A stretch of DNA of 40,018 nucleotides from an uncultured Staphylococcaceae bacterium (GCA_964453965.1 CAYVQA010000004.1:1-40018); one strand, 5' to 3'; numbered from the stretch's first letter, positions 28,632 to 38,810 are shown. Notes: generated by a model not told the origin, from the letters alone. A program made the numbers and translations.

Positions 28632-28658
28632 TTAGCACTCGAAATATCGGAGTGCTAA
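28632..28658. promoter_or_regulatory. CIRCE element 2 (perfect HrcA operator)
   Basis: TTAGCACTC-N9-GAGTGCTAA immediately before the RBS AGGAGG. Confidence 0.97.
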
Positions 28659-28673
28659 AGGAGGATTAATATT

Positions 28674-30782
28674 ATGGAAATGCAAGATTATAGTAAAGAT
28701 GAAAAAATTCTTGAAAAATTTGGACGTGACATTACCGAATTAGCCCAAGCTGGCAAAATTGATCCTGTTATTGGTAGAGATGAAGAAATTTCACGAGTAA
28801 TTAAAATTCTATCGCGAAAAACAAAAAACAACCCTATTTTAATAGGACAACCAGGGGTAGGTAAAACGGCTATTCTAGAAGGATTAGCAATGCGAATTAT
28901 TAGGGATGATGTGCCAACATCAATAAAAAAAGCACATATTTATGAACTAGATATGGGGGCTTTAATTGCTGGAGCAAAATTTAGAGGTGAATTTGAAGAA
29001 AGATTAAAAGCAGTACTTAATAAGATTAAAGATAGTAATGGAGAAATAATTTTATTTATCGATGAAATTCATCTAATTGTTGGTGCAGGTAAAGCAGATG
29101 GAGCATTAGATGCAGGTAATATGCTAAAACCAATGTTAGCACGTGGTGAACTTCATTGTATCGGCGCAACAACTTTAAATGAATATCGTCAATACATTGA
29201 AAAAGATAGTGCACTAGAACGAAGATTTCAAAAAGTAATGGTCGATGAACCAACACTTGAAGATACAATTAGTATCTTAAGGGGTTTAAAAGAACGGTTT
29301 GAAACTCATCATGGGGTAAGAATAAGTGATAATGCAATTATATCTGCGGCGACACTTTCTAATCGATACATAACAGATAGGTATTTGCCGGATAAAGCAA
29401 TTGATTTAATTGATGAAGCATGCGCATCTATTAGAACTGAACTTGATTCAATGCCACAAGAATTAGATACATTAAAAAGACATATTATGCAGCTTGAAAT
29501 AGAAAAAACGGCTCTTACAAAAGAAAAAGATGAATTAAGCAAGAATCGGTTAGAAAAAATCAAAGATGAATTGGTTACTTTACATGAAAAAGAAGAAGTA
29601 ATGACAAAACAATGGGAAAAAGAAAAACAAGAAATCGCTAATGCAAAACGCGCTAAAGAAAGACTTGAAAAAGCTCGCTTTGATTATGAAACCGCATTAA
29701 ACTCGGGTGATTACGATACAGCCGCAAAACTTCAATATAATGACATTCCAAAACTTGAAGCAGAAGTAAATAGTGTAAAGAATGAAAAAGAAGAAAGAAT
29801 GTTATCAGAAGAAGTAACAGAAGAAGATATCGCAAAAATTGTATCATCATCAACGGGAATTCCCGTTTCAAAACTTGTGAAAGGCGATATTGATAAATTA
29901 TTAGAATTAAAAGAAACGTTACAAAAACGTGTAATTGGTCAAGATGAGGCATTAGAACTTGTAAGTGATGCTATAATTCGTCAAAGAGCGGGAATAAAAG
30001 ACGAAAACAGACCAATTGGATCATTCTTATTTTTAGGACCAACTGGAGTCGGAAAAACAGAAGTATGCAAGAGTTTAGCAGAAGCCTTATTTGATAGTGA
30101 ATCACATATTGTAAGATTTGATATGAGCGAATACATGGAACCTCATTCTGTATCACGTTTAATTGGAGCGCCTCCAGGATATGTTGGTTACGATGAAGGT
30201 GGCCAGTTAACTGAAGCAGTAAGAAGAAAACCATATTCAATAGTTTTATTTGATGAAATTGAAAAAGCTCACAGAGACATTTTCAATGTTTTACTACAAA
30301 TCTTAGATGATGGAAGAATTACTGATTCACAAGGAAGAACAGTTGACTTTAAAAATACAATCATCATTATGACATCAAATTTAGGTAGTGAATATTTACT
30401 TCATCCTGAACAATCTACTAATGAAAAAGTAATGAATATAGTAAGAAACAATTTTAAGCCAGAATTTTTAAATCGAATTGATGAAATCATTATGTTTAAT
30501 TCACTTTCAAAAGGTGTTCAAATTCAAATTGTTAATAAGATGTTAAATGATTTAAAATCGCGCGTTGAGGCAAATAATATTCATATCGATTTTTCAGAAA
30601 ATCTAAAACGCCAAGTAATCGATAATAGTTATTCACCTGAATATGGTGCGCGACCAATCAAACGGTTTATTCAAAAAAATGTTGAAACATTTATCGCTAA
30701 AGCAATAATTTCAAGTAAACTTTGTCCGAATAATGCTTATTTAATCGACTATAATGGAACTTATCAAATTATAAAAAAATAA
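28674..30782 (+). CDS. clpB: ATP-dependent disaggregase ClpB lacking the N-terminal domain
   Basis: Two AAA+ modules ([14 protein letters not shown]; [17 protein letters not shown]), long coiled-coil M domain, no ClpP-binding IGF loop; begins directly at LEKFGRDIT. Confidence 0.92.
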   Translation: MEMQDYSKDEKILEKFGRDITELAQAGKIDPVIGRDEEISRVIKILSRKTKNNPILIGQPGVGKTAILEGLAMRIIRDDVPTSIKKAHIYELDMGALIAGAKFRGEFEERLKAVLNKIKDSNGEIILFIDEIHLIVGAGKADGALDAGNMLKPMLARGELHCIGATTLNEYRQYIEKDSALERRFQKVMVDEPTLEDTISILRGLKERFETHHGVRISDNAIISAATLSNRYITDRYLPDKAIDLIDEACASIRTELDSMPQELDTLKRHIMQLEIEKTALTKEKDELSKNRLEKIKDELVTLHEKEEVMTKQWEKEKQEIANAKRAKERLEKARFDYETALNSGDYDTAAKLQYNDIPKLEAEVNSVKNEKEERMLSEEVTEEDIAKIVSSSTGIPVSKLVKGDIDKLLELKETLQKRVIGQDEALELVSDAIIRQRAGIKDENRPIGSFLFLGPTGVGKTEVCKSLAEALFDSESHIVRFDMSEYMEPHSVSRLIGAPPGYVGYDEGGQLTEAVRRKPYSIVLFDEIEKAHRDIFNVLLQILDDGRITDSQGRTVDFKNTIIIMTSNLGSEYLLHPEQSTNEKVMNIVRNNFKPEFLNRIDEIIMFNSLSKGVQIQIVNKMLNDLKSRVEANNIHIDFSENLKRQVIDNSYSPEYGARPIKRFIQKNVETFIAKAIISSKLCPNNAYLIDYNGTYQIIKK

Positions 30783-30788
30783 AAAAAG

Positions 30789-30819
30789 AAATAACAGACT
30801 TTTTTGGTCTGTTATTTTT
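30789..30819. terminator. Bidirectional terminator
   Basis: AAATAACAGAC-ttttttg-GTCTGTTATTT between clpB and the convergent small gene. Confidence 0.85.
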
Positions 30820-30829
30820 ATAAAGACAA

Positions 30830-31093
30830 TTAATAAGGAATTCCGTAAGGATAAGGACTAGTATTATAATTTGGCCCGTAATAATAACTAGGTTGATTAT
30901 AATAATTTGGTTGAGGGTAGTAATTTGGTTGATTGTAATAACTTGGTTGCACAGCGTTATTACAACAATTATTATTACGACCAAACCAGAAAGGGGCTGT
31001 TAAAATAACGGCACCTGCTAAAAGCCATAACCTTGAATTGTTAGATTGATTACCTAAACAATTTTTATAATTATTTTGTGGATTGTTAAAAAT
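30830..31093 (-). CDS. Unlisted 87-aa Tyr/Pro/Asn/Cys-rich protein, probable spore coat protein (ATT start)
   Basis: Manual translation: (M)FNNPQNNYKNCLGNQSNNSRLWLLAGAVILTAPFWFGRNNNCCNNAVQPSYYNQPNYYPQPNYYNQPSYYYGPNYNTSPYPYGIPY*. RBS AGAGGTG 5 nt before ATT; no in-frame ATG/GTG/TTG upstream; stop lies just before the terminator. Confidence 0.75.
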   Translation of the reverse strand: MFNNPQNNYKNCLGNQSNNSRLWLLAGAVILTAPFWFGRNNNCCNNAVQPSYYNQPNYYPQPNYYNQPSYYYGPNYNTSPYPYGIPY

Positions 31094-31147
31094 ACTATCA
31101 CCTCTTATTATATAATATTCATGATAATTAATTAAGTGTGGGCATTT

Positions 31148-31987
31148 TTAATAATCAAGCAAAACATATTGATAAAAATATTCTTCTAAACATAAATTCT
31201 CACTATACATAATATTTGCGATATCTTTGCCAACATAACGATAATGCCATGGTTCAAAGGGATAACCAGTGATATCTTCTTTATCAATTGGATATCGTAA
31301 AACAAAACCAAATAAATGCGCATTATCTTTTAATAATGAATAAATTGGACTATCTTTAAAATGTATAGTCAAGCCAATCTTTAAGGTTGAAATATCAATT
31401 GCTAGGCCTGTTTGATGCTCAGAATGACCAGGCTTTGCGGTATAGGGATTAGAAGAATTATATAAATTTTCTTGATAAGAAAAACTTCTGTAGGCTGAAA
31501 AAATTGAAAGTTCATAATTATGAAGTAATAAAAAATCACATAATAATTGATAATCACTAACAAGATTTGGCATCCATAAAGGATTAGAATTTCTTTTAAC
31601 AAAAGAATAATTCTTTATTTCAATTAGTCCGTTTGGGATGAAATTTTCATTTAGATAAAATTTAGGATTTACAAAAACAATAGGGTCAGTTAAGGCTGGA
31701 TGATTTAAATCATTAAAACTTAAAAAATTAGGATAATTGACATAATTTAAAATATAAATGTAATTTAGTGGTTCACTAAGAGTTTTACTAAATAAATAAT
31801 AATCTAAAAACAATTCTTCGTTAAAGGTCGAAAAACGAGAAAGTGAATTAAAAAATTGTTCATCAATTTGATAATTATCCATAATGCATTTAATTTTTAA
31901 TGGAATTTTGGAATTTTTGAAATTTAAAAATCCAAAGTTTATAATTATCAAAATGGTTAATAGAAATTTCTTAAGTTTATATTGCAA
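31148..31987 (-). CDS. D-alanyl-D-alanine carboxypeptidase, peptidase M15B (VanY/YodJ-like)
   Basis: SAYRS, AKPGHSEHQTGLAID (SxHxxGxAxD), FGFVLRYP, EPWHYRYVG; N-terminal anchor; TTG 31987 preferred (RBS AGGTG). Confidence 0.9.
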   Translation of the reverse strand: MQYKLKKFLLTILIIINFGFLNFKNSKIPLKIKCIMDNYQIDEQFFNSLSRFSTFNEELFLDYYLFSKTLSEPLNYIYILNYVNYPNFLSFNDLNHPALTDPIVFVNPKFYLNENFIPNGLIEIKNYSFVKRNSNPLWMPNLVSDYQLLCDFLLLHNYELSIFSAYRSFSYQENLYNSSNPYTAKPGHSEHQTGLAIDISTLKIGLTIHFKDSPIYSLLKDNAHLFGFVLRYPIDKEDITGYPFEPWHYRYVGKDIANIMYSENLCLEEYFYQYVLLDY

Positions 31988-32054
31988 AATAATCACCTAA
32001 TTTATTTTTTGAAAGAATATTTTATTTTATACAAAAAACAAATATACAATTAAT

Positions 32055-32083
32055 TTGTGAAAAATTAGATTTTGTGGTATACT
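32055..32083 (+). promoter_or_regulatory. SigA promoter of polA operon
   Basis: TTGTGA-N17-TATACT with TG extension. Confidence 0.7.
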
Positions 32084-32119
32084 AGATATAATAAAAAATA
32101 AAAAAACTTGGGAGGCTAT

Positions 32120-34771
32120 ATGAGTAAAATAGTATTAGTTGATGGAAATAGTTTAATGTTTCGTGCATATTATGCGACTGCGTATAATCCAAGTCAAATG
32201 ATGAAAACATCGAATGGTTTATATACCAATGCTGTATATACTTTTATCATTTTATTAAATAAAATATTAGAAATTGAAAATATGACAAATTTATTTGTCG
32301 CATTTGATAAAGGCAAAAAGACACTAAGACATCAAGAATATGATGATTATAAAGGCACAAGAAGAAAAATGCCCGAAGAATTCGCAATGCAAATTCCTTA
32401 TATCAAAGAGTATTTAGATATTATGAATATCGCAAGATTAGAATTAGATGAATATGAAGCCGATGATATTGTAGGAACACTTGCAAATAAAACAAAAACA
32501 ACATTTGATGAAGTCTTAGTAATAACTTCAGATCGTGACTTATTACAACTTGTTAAAGATAATATTACAGTTTGCTTAACAAAAAAAGGATTTAGTGAAT
32601 TAGATTACTATACAAAAGATAATTTTTACGAAAAACTTGGATTTAATGCAAATCAACTAATCGATTACAAAGCCTTAACTGGAGATAGTTCTGATAATTT
32701 ACCAGGAATCCCTAAAGTTGGTGAAAAAACCGCCATCAAATTATTAAACCAATTTTCAACATTAGAAGAAATGTATGAAAATATTGATAAATTACCGGCA
32801 AAATTAATTGATAATTTTAAAAATTATGAAACATCAGCTAGACGTACAAAACATCTTGCGACAATATATACAGATGCCAATTTTTCTTTTGAAATTGAAA
32901 AAACAATTTTACAAGAACCTATTTATGATGATTTAAGAGCTTTTTATGAAAAACTTGAATTACATTCATTTATTAAAAGAATGAAAACAAGTAATTCTAA
33001 TATTGAAACATCTGGAATTAAACAAGCAGAAATAAACATAAAATACCATTATAATGAACTAGATAAAAAGTTTTTAGATACACTCAAAGAATGTAGTTTA
33101 GAATTAGAATTAACAAAAGAAAACTATCATAAAGCAGATATTATCGGCTTTTCGATAACTAATCAAACTGATGGCTATTATTTTGATTATGAATATTTGC
33201 AGAACCAAACAATAAAACAAATCTTAGAAGATGAAAACATCAAAAAATATTGTTTAGATAGTAAAAAAATCATTTATGTTTTAAATAAAGAAAACATCGC
33301 AATTAAAGGAATATCATTTGATTTAATCCTTGCGGCTTATATTTGTGATCCAAGTTTAGGCCAAAAAGATTATCATATGATAATTCAAGAATTTAAAGAA
33401 AATGATTTACCATATCAAGAAGAGATTTATGGAAAAAAAGATCCATATCAAATTACAGATATTGAAAAATTAAAACAATATTCAATTAAAAAAGGAATTT
33501 ATACTTTTATTATAAAAGATTTAGTTACTGAAAGACTTCAAAAAGAAGAAACAATTTTCTTATTAAACGAAGTTGAAATGCCACTTGCAAAAGTTCTTGC
33601 AAAAGTTGAACTAAATGGCTTTAAAGTAAATCGCCAACGCTTAGAAGAACTAGGATTAATATTTAATGATAAACTAAAAGAATTAGAAAAAGCAATATAT
33701 GAAATGGCAGGACACCCTTTCAATATTTCATCACCAAAACAACTAGGGGTTATTCTATTTGAAGAAATGTGTCTTGCAAAAGGAAAGAAAAATAAAACTG
33801 GATATTCAACTACTGCCGAAATATTAGAAAAATTAGCCAAAAATCATCCATTTCCAAAAATGATTTTAGACTATCGCAAATATTGCAAATTAATTACGAC
33901 ATATGTAAATGGATTAGAATCAGAAATAGAAGAACAAACAAGTAAAGTGCATACAACTTTTAAACAAGCATTAACATTAACAGGACGTCTTTCATCGGTT
34001 GAACCTAATATTCAAAATATTCCGATTCGCACTGAAGAAGGAAGACTAATTCGTTCTGCATTTGTTCCAAGTACTACTGATGGTTTATTAATTAGCGCTG
34101 ATTACTCACAAATTGAATTAAGAGTTCTTGCGTCAATGAGCAACTGCAAAAATATGCAAGATGAATTTAATAGTGGCTTAGATTTGCATTCGGCAACTGC
34201 TTCAAGAATTTATGACGTTGATATTAGTGAAGTTACGAAAGAAATGCGTAGAACCGCAAAAGCCGTAAACTTTGGAATTGTATATGGAATGAGTAATTGG
34301 GGTTTATCAGAAGAATTAAATATTAGTGTTTATGATGCAACGACATTTATTGAACGCTATTTTGAGGCATATCCGGAAATTAAAACATATTTAGAAAGTG
34401 TTGTAGAAAATGCGACAACAAACGGTTATACAACAACACTTTATAAAAGAAGAAGATACATTCCAGAGATTAATAATGCAAATGTTAATTTAAAAGAATT
34501 TGGAAAACGAACCGCAAAAAATGCCCCAATCCAAGGAACAGCTGCAGATATCATGAAAATCGCAATGATTAAAGTTGATGAAATATTCACTCAAAAGAAT
34601 TTAAAAGCAAAAATAGTTGCTCAAGTACATGATGAATTAATAATTGATACACCACAAGATGAAGTTGAAATAGTAAAAAAGATTTTAAAAGAAACATTTG
34701 AAAATGCTGTAAAATTAAATGTTAAATTAGAATCAAGCGTTGAAGCTGCTTCGACTTGGGATTTAAAATAG
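32120..34771 (+). CDS. polA: DNA polymerase I
   Basis: 5'-3' exonuclease (LVDGNSL, EADD, GDSSDNLPG), polymerase motifs ADYSQIELR, AKAVNFGIVYG, QVHDEL; ATG 32120 after GGAGG. Confidence 0.98.
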   Translation: MSKIVLVDGNSLMFRAYYATAYNPSQMMKTSNGLYTNAVYTFIILLNKILEIENMTNLFVAFDKGKKTLRHQEYDDYKGTRRKMPEEFAMQIPYIKEYLDIMNIARLELDEYEADDIVGTLANKTKTTFDEVLVITSDRDLLQLVKDNITVCLTKKGFSELDYYTKDNFYEKLGFNANQLIDYKALTGDSSDNLPGIPKVGEKTAIKLLNQFSTLEEMYENIDKLPAKLIDNFKNYETSARRTKHLATIYTDANFSFEIEKTILQEPIYDDLRAFYEKLELHSFIKRMKTSNSNIETSGIKQAEINIKYHYNELDKKFLDTLKECSLELELTKENYHKADIIGFSITNQTDGYYFDYEYLQNQTIKQILEDENIKKYCLDSKKIIYVLNKENIAIKGISFDLILAAYICDPSLGQKDYHMIIQEFKENDLPYQEEIYGKKDPYQITDIEKLKQYSIKKGIYTFIIKDLVTERLQKEETIFLLNEVEMPLAKVLAKVELNGFKVNRQRLEELGLIFNDKLKELEKAIYEMAGHPFNISSPKQLGVILFEEMCLAKGKKNKTGYSTTAEILEKLAKNHPFPKMILDYRKYCKLITTYVNGLESEIEEQTSKVHTTFKQALTLTGRLSSVEPNIQNIPIRTEEGRLIRSAFVPSTTDGLLISADYSQIELRVLASMSNCKNMQDEFNSGLDLHSATASRIYDVDISEVTKEMRRTAKAVNFGIVYGMSNWGLSEELNISVYDATTFIERYFEAYPEIKTYLESVVENATTNGYTTTLYKRRRYIPEINNANVNLKEFGKRTAKNAPIQGTAADIMKIAMIKVDEIFTQKNLKAKIVAQVHDELIIDTPQDEVEIVKKILKETFENAVKLNVKLESSVEAASTWDLK

Positions 34772-34781
34772 GACAAAATGT

Positions 34782-36224
34782 ATGCCAGAGTTACCAGAAG
34801 TCGAAACAGTCAGAAATACATTAAAAAGACAACTTTTAGGTGAAAAAATAATCAATGTTGAAATTTATTATGATAAAATGTTTTATCCTAATAAAGATGC
34901 TTTTCAAAACCTAATCAATCAAACATTTAAAGATATAAAAAGATATGGGAAATACTTATTTTTCATTTTTGATGATTATATCATAATTAGTCATTTGCGA
35001 ATGGAAGGAAAGTTTTTCATCAAAACCAATCAACCAGTAAATAAACATGAACATATTGTTTTTACTTTAAATAGCAATAGAACACTAAGATATCATGATA
35101 CAAGAAAATTTGGGACGATGAAATTATTAAAAACATCGGATTATCAATTAGCCTTACAAGAACCAGAAATTAAAAAATTAGGCCCAGAAGCAAACGATCC
35201 AAACTTAACAAAAGAAATACTTTATCAAAAATTATCAAAACAAAACGTTCCAATTAAAACCGCTCTTTTAAATCAAGAAAATATTTGTGGATTAGGAAAT
35301 ATCTATGTTGATGAAGTCTTATTTCTTTCAAACATTCATCCTTTAACTAAAGCGAAAAACTTAACATTAGAAGAAACAGAAAAAATTGTTAATAATGCGA
35401 AAATTGTTTTAGAAAAAGCAATTAAAGCAGGTGGAACAACAATTAGAAGTTATACAAGCAGTTTAGGCGTAACAGGTCTATTCCAATTAGAATTATTTGT
35501 TCATACAAAAGCAGGTCAAAAATGCCAAAATTGTAATTCAATCATCAATAAAATTGTAGTTGGAGGAAGAGGAACATACTATTGTCCATCTTGTCAAATA
35601 AAAAGACCAACTATTATTGGTATTACGGGCGGGATTGCGGCTGGAAAATCTGCTATTTTAACATATTTAAAAAATACTTATCAAACAAATGATTATTTAT
35701 TTATTGATGCGGATGTAATAAGCCATAACTTATTGCAAGAAAAAAATGTAATTGATGAATTAATTGATTCATTTGGCGATAAAATTTGCGAAAATGGTCA
35801 AATTAATAGAAAAACATTAGGAAAAATCGTTTTTAGCGAAGATGAAAAAAGATTAACCTTAAATAAGATTATTCATCCGTTAGTACGTAGTAAAATCACA
35901 AAGACCATTAATCAAAATCAAGATAAACAAATTATCTTTGTTGATGTACCTTTATTAATAGAAACAAATATGACTGATTTAACAGATGAAGTATGGTTTG
36001 TATATGTTCCTAAAAATGTCCAATTAGAAAGATTAATGAAACGTGACGGAATTACAAAAGAAGAAGCTCTAAAAAGAATAAATGCACAAATGGATATTGA
36101 TGAAAAATTAAATAGTGTAGAAAAATTAACAAACAAATTAATAATTAATAATCAAAATAAGTTAGAAGAAACTTATCAAATAATAAATCAAGAAATGAAT
36201 AGGAGATTAAAAAAATGTCTTTAA
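34782..36224 (+). CDS. mutM-coaE: Fused formamidopyrimidine-DNA glycosylase (Fpg/MutM) and dephospho-CoA kinase (CoaE)
   Basis: MPELPEVE, HLRMEG, GLGNIYVDE, zinc finger CQNC...RGTYYCPSCQ, then in frame IIGITGGIAAGKS, IDADVI, IIHPLV, DVPLLIE, RINAQM. Confidence 0.92.
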   Translation: MPELPEVETVRNTLKRQLLGEKIINVEIYYDKMFYPNKDAFQNLINQTFKDIKRYGKYLFFIFDDYIIISHLRMEGKFFIKTNQPVNKHEHIVFTLNSNRTLRYHDTRKFGTMKLLKTSDYQLALQEPEIKKLGPEANDPNLTKEILYQKLSKQNVPIKTALLNQENICGLGNIYVDEVLFLSNIHPLTKAKNLTLEETEKIVNNAKIVLEKAIKAGGTTIRSYTSSLGVTGLFQLELFVHTKAGQKCQNCNSIINKIVVGGRGTYYCPSCQIKRPTIIGITGGIAAGKSAILTYLKNTYQTNDYLFIDADVISHNLLQEKNVIDELIDSFGDKICENGQINRKTLGKIVFSEDEKRLTLNKIIHPLVRSKITKTINQNQDKQIIFVDVPLLIETNMTDLTDEVWFVYVPKNVQLERLMKRDGITKEEALKRINAQMDIDEKLNSVEKLTNKLIINNQNKLEETYQIINQEMNRRLKKCL

Positions 36225-36580
36225 AAATCTTTTTTGCGAAAACCTTATCAACTTCAGATAATAGTATTGATCAATCTTTAAGACCACATTATTATCTAAA
36301 TGATTATAAAACAATTAAAAATCAAGTTTTAACAATTGCTAAACAAAATAATCTTGAAGTAAAATCAATCGATGATCGCTTTCAAGAAATATTTCTAGTT
36401 AAATCAGGTAATTGTGATATTGTTATGACAATTTACAGAGCTGGTTCATCAGGAACAAGAGTTGATTTAAATGTTGATATTGAAACAGCGATATCATTTG
36501 GAAAGTGTAAAAAAACAATCGAATGGGTATACGCTCAATTAGACTCCCATTTAACTAGAAAAGGAAATATAAATGCCTAA
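36215..36580 (+). CDS. Conserved small cytosolic protein (DUF1499-like)
   Basis: RBS AGGAG, overlaps both neighbours; LRPHYY...FQEIFL...TRVD...SFG pattern. Confidence 0.6.
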   Translation: MSLKIFFAKTLSTSDNSIDQSLRPHYYLNDYKTIKNQVLTIAKQNNLEVKSIDDRFQEIFLVKSGNCDIVMTIYRAGSSGTRVDLNVDIETAISFGKCKKTIEWVYAQLDSHLTRKGNINA

Positions 36581-37847
36581 TACAGAACATTTCGATATCG
36601 TTGTTATGGTTGATGAAATAATTTCTTCAACCGCAAGACAGTGGTTTGAAACACTTTATCAACCAATTATTGGCTTAGAAGGCGTATCAATTTATAATCA
36701 ATTACAAAATTTAGCCAAAAATAATGAACTAGAATCAAAAAAAATAAATTTCGATGACTTCATAAACCGTCTGGGTTTAAAAGATAATGAAGATTTTTTA
36801 AATATTAAAGATCATTTAGAAGCAGTTGGCTTACTTGATTCATATCAAAAAGATAATTTAGTGATTTTTTTACTTAAACCACCCCTAAAACCAACTTTAT
36901 TTTTTGATAATATTCTTCTTTCTAACTTATTACAAAATAAAATTGGCAAAAATGAATTTAACAATTTAAAAATTCAATTCTTAGTTAGAAGATATGATCT
37001 TAATAGTTTCAAAAAAATCTCAAAACATTTTGATGATGTATATGAAATAGATTATTATGATTATGATAATGAATATGACAAATGGTGGCATACCATTAAA
37101 AAGAATTATCCAAAACTATCAAAAAATCATTTTGATTACGATACATTGATTTCTATTATTGAACCAACTGATTTAATTGATCAAAAAATCTTACATGGCA
37201 GTGACTTTTTCTATTTTATCAACAGTATAAGTTTTCAATATGGTTTAACTGTTGAGGAATTAGTTCAAGCAATTAGGCAAAGTGCAAACATTCAAAGAAC
37301 ATTTGACAAAGAATTGTTTTTAAAAGCTGTATCAAGAATTTATGATGATAAATTAAATGGTAAAAAAATGGTTATAAAGGCGCCACTTAGAAAAGATGAA
37401 AATAATGAACTTGTTAAAATGTTAGATTCAATGAGCCATAATGATTTAGTTACAAATAAATTTCAAAAAAAATTATTATCAAGTGAAATTACAATGTTTC
37501 AAACATTAAAAGAAAAACATGGCTTTTCAAATGGATTCATTAATGTTTTAATCATATATGTTTTAACAAATAAAAATGGTGCTATTCCATCATTGAATTA
37601 TTTCCTTAAAGTCGCAAATGATTGGTATCGCCAAGGAATAAAAACAACTAAAGATGCACTTGACCATATTGAAAATGAAGATAAAGTTGTTAAATCCCAA
37701 AAGCCACAAAGAACATACAAAAAAACAACAAAAGAACCAGAATGGTTACAGAAACATTTAGAACAAACAAAAGAACAAATTCAAAAAAATGAAAATTCAC
37801 AAGAAACTTTACAAGATCTAGAAGAATTTTTCAATAATCTCGATTAA
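36573..37847 (+). CDS. dnaB: Firmicute helicase-loader/replication initiation protein DnaB
   Basis: LYQPIIG, LEAVGLL, C-terminal DnaB_2 motif INVLIIYV...YFLKVANDWYRQGIKT, PEWL; directly upstream of dnaI. Confidence 0.85.
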   Translation: MPNTEHFDIVVMVDEIISSTARQWFETLYQPIIGLEGVSIYNQLQNLAKNNELESKKINFDDFINRLGLKDNEDFLNIKDHLEAVGLLDSYQKDNLVIFLLKPPLKPTLFFDNILLSNLLQNKIGKNEFNNLKIQFLVRRYDLNSFKKISKHFDDVYEIDYYDYDNEYDKWWHTIKKNYPKLSKNHFDYDTLISIIEPTDLIDQKILHGSDFFYFINSISFQYGLTVEELVQAIRQSANIQRTFDKELFLKAVSRIYDDKLNGKKMVIKAPLRKDENNELVKMLDSMSHNDLVTNKFQKKLLSSEITMFQTLKEKHGFSNGFINVLIIYVLTNKNGAIPSLNYFLKVANDWYRQGIKTTKDALDHIENEDKVVKSQKPQRTYKKTTKEPEWLQKHLEQTKEQIQKNENSQETLQDLEEFFNNLD

Positions 37848-37861
37848 AGGAGGGAAGCTAA

Positions 37862-38716
37862 ATGCAAAATTTTGAATTACAAGAACTACTTAATAAAATT
37901 TACAAAAATGAAAAAATAAATGAATTTATAAAAAAATATAATTTGTCAGTAGATGATGTTCAAAAAAATATCCCTGCTTTTTTAGGATTCCTCGCGAGTG
38001 AAGCAAAATGCCAAAAATGTCAAGGATTAGATAAATGTCCACAAAGCCAAAGAGGAAAGAAGTTAACTTTAAAATTTATTGTAAATAGCCCAGATACATA
38101 TTTTGAATCTTGTGAACAATTAGGCAAAGAAGAAGAAAATAAAACTCATTTAATTGCATCTGGATATGATTTTACAAAGGTAACGAAACCAGAAATTACC
38201 CCAGAGCGAAAAGAAATCTTAATGAAAATGAAAGATATCATCAATAAAGTGAATAACAACCAACCAACTAAAGGCTTGTATATTCATGGTGCTCATGGAA
38301 TTGGAAAGACATATTTACTTGCATATCTTGCAAAAGAACTTGCGAAAACAAAAAAGAAAATTATTTTTGCGTATTTTCCTGATTTAGTAAGAAAAATAAA
38401 AAATTCAATCAATAATAATAAATTAGAAGCTGTTATGGATGAATTAAAAGATGTCGATATTTTAATAATTGATGATTTTGGGGCAGAAACTTGTTCAAGT
38501 TTTGTAAGAGATGAAATTTTAGGCCCAATCTTACAAGATAGAATGGAAAACAATTTATTAACATTTATGAGTTCAAATTTAGATGATGAATTATTAATTG
38601 ATCATTTATCAGAAACAAAAGATAAAAGTGAGATTTTAAGAGCTACAAGAATCCTCTCAAGAATGCTTGCTTTAATGGATTTTAAAAATCTCAAAGGAAT
38701 TAATCATAGAATATAA
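37862..38716 (+). CDS. dnaI: Primosomal helicase loader DnaI
   Basis: N-terminal Cys cluster CQKC...C, Walker A GAHGIGKT, Walker B IIDDFGAE, RDEILGPILQDRM, SSN. Confidence 0.93.
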   Translation: MQNFELQELLNKIYKNEKINEFIKKYNLSVDDVQKNIPAFLGFLASEAKCQKCQGLDKCPQSQRGKKLTLKFIVNSPDTYFESCEQLGKEEENKTHLIASGYDFTKVTKPEITPERKEILMKMKDIINKVNNNQPTKGLYIHGAHGIGKTYLLAYLAKELAKTKKKIIFAYFPDLVRKIKNSINNNKLEAVMDELKDVDILIIDDFGAETCSSFVRDEILGPILQDRMENNLLTFMSSNLDDELLIDHLSETKDKSEILRATRILSRMLALMDFKNLKGINHRI

Positions 38717-38730
38717 TTTTAATTGTACAT

Positions 38731-38776
38731 AAAGATGAAGTAAGAACGATAATGTTCAGGACTTCATCTTTTTTTT
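38731..38776 (+). terminator. Intrinsic terminator
   Basis: AAAGATGAAGT...ACTTCATCTTT with inner GAAC/GTTC pair, followed by T-run. Confidence 0.8.
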
Positions 38777-38810
38777 GTGAATTTTTTATAAAATTTTTAA
38801 GACATATCAT

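Noticed and set aside
30769-30984. 71-aa minus-strand ORF in the track (MVVIIIVVITLCNQ...)
   Set aside because: Alternative frame of the Tyr/Pro-rich gene at 30830-31093; it has no SD, runs through the terminator and overlaps the clpB end
31148-31987. VanY-like gene as vancomycin resistance determinant
   Set aside because: No vanRS/vanHAX neighbours; M15B carboxypeptidases are common housekeeping or sporulation enzymes
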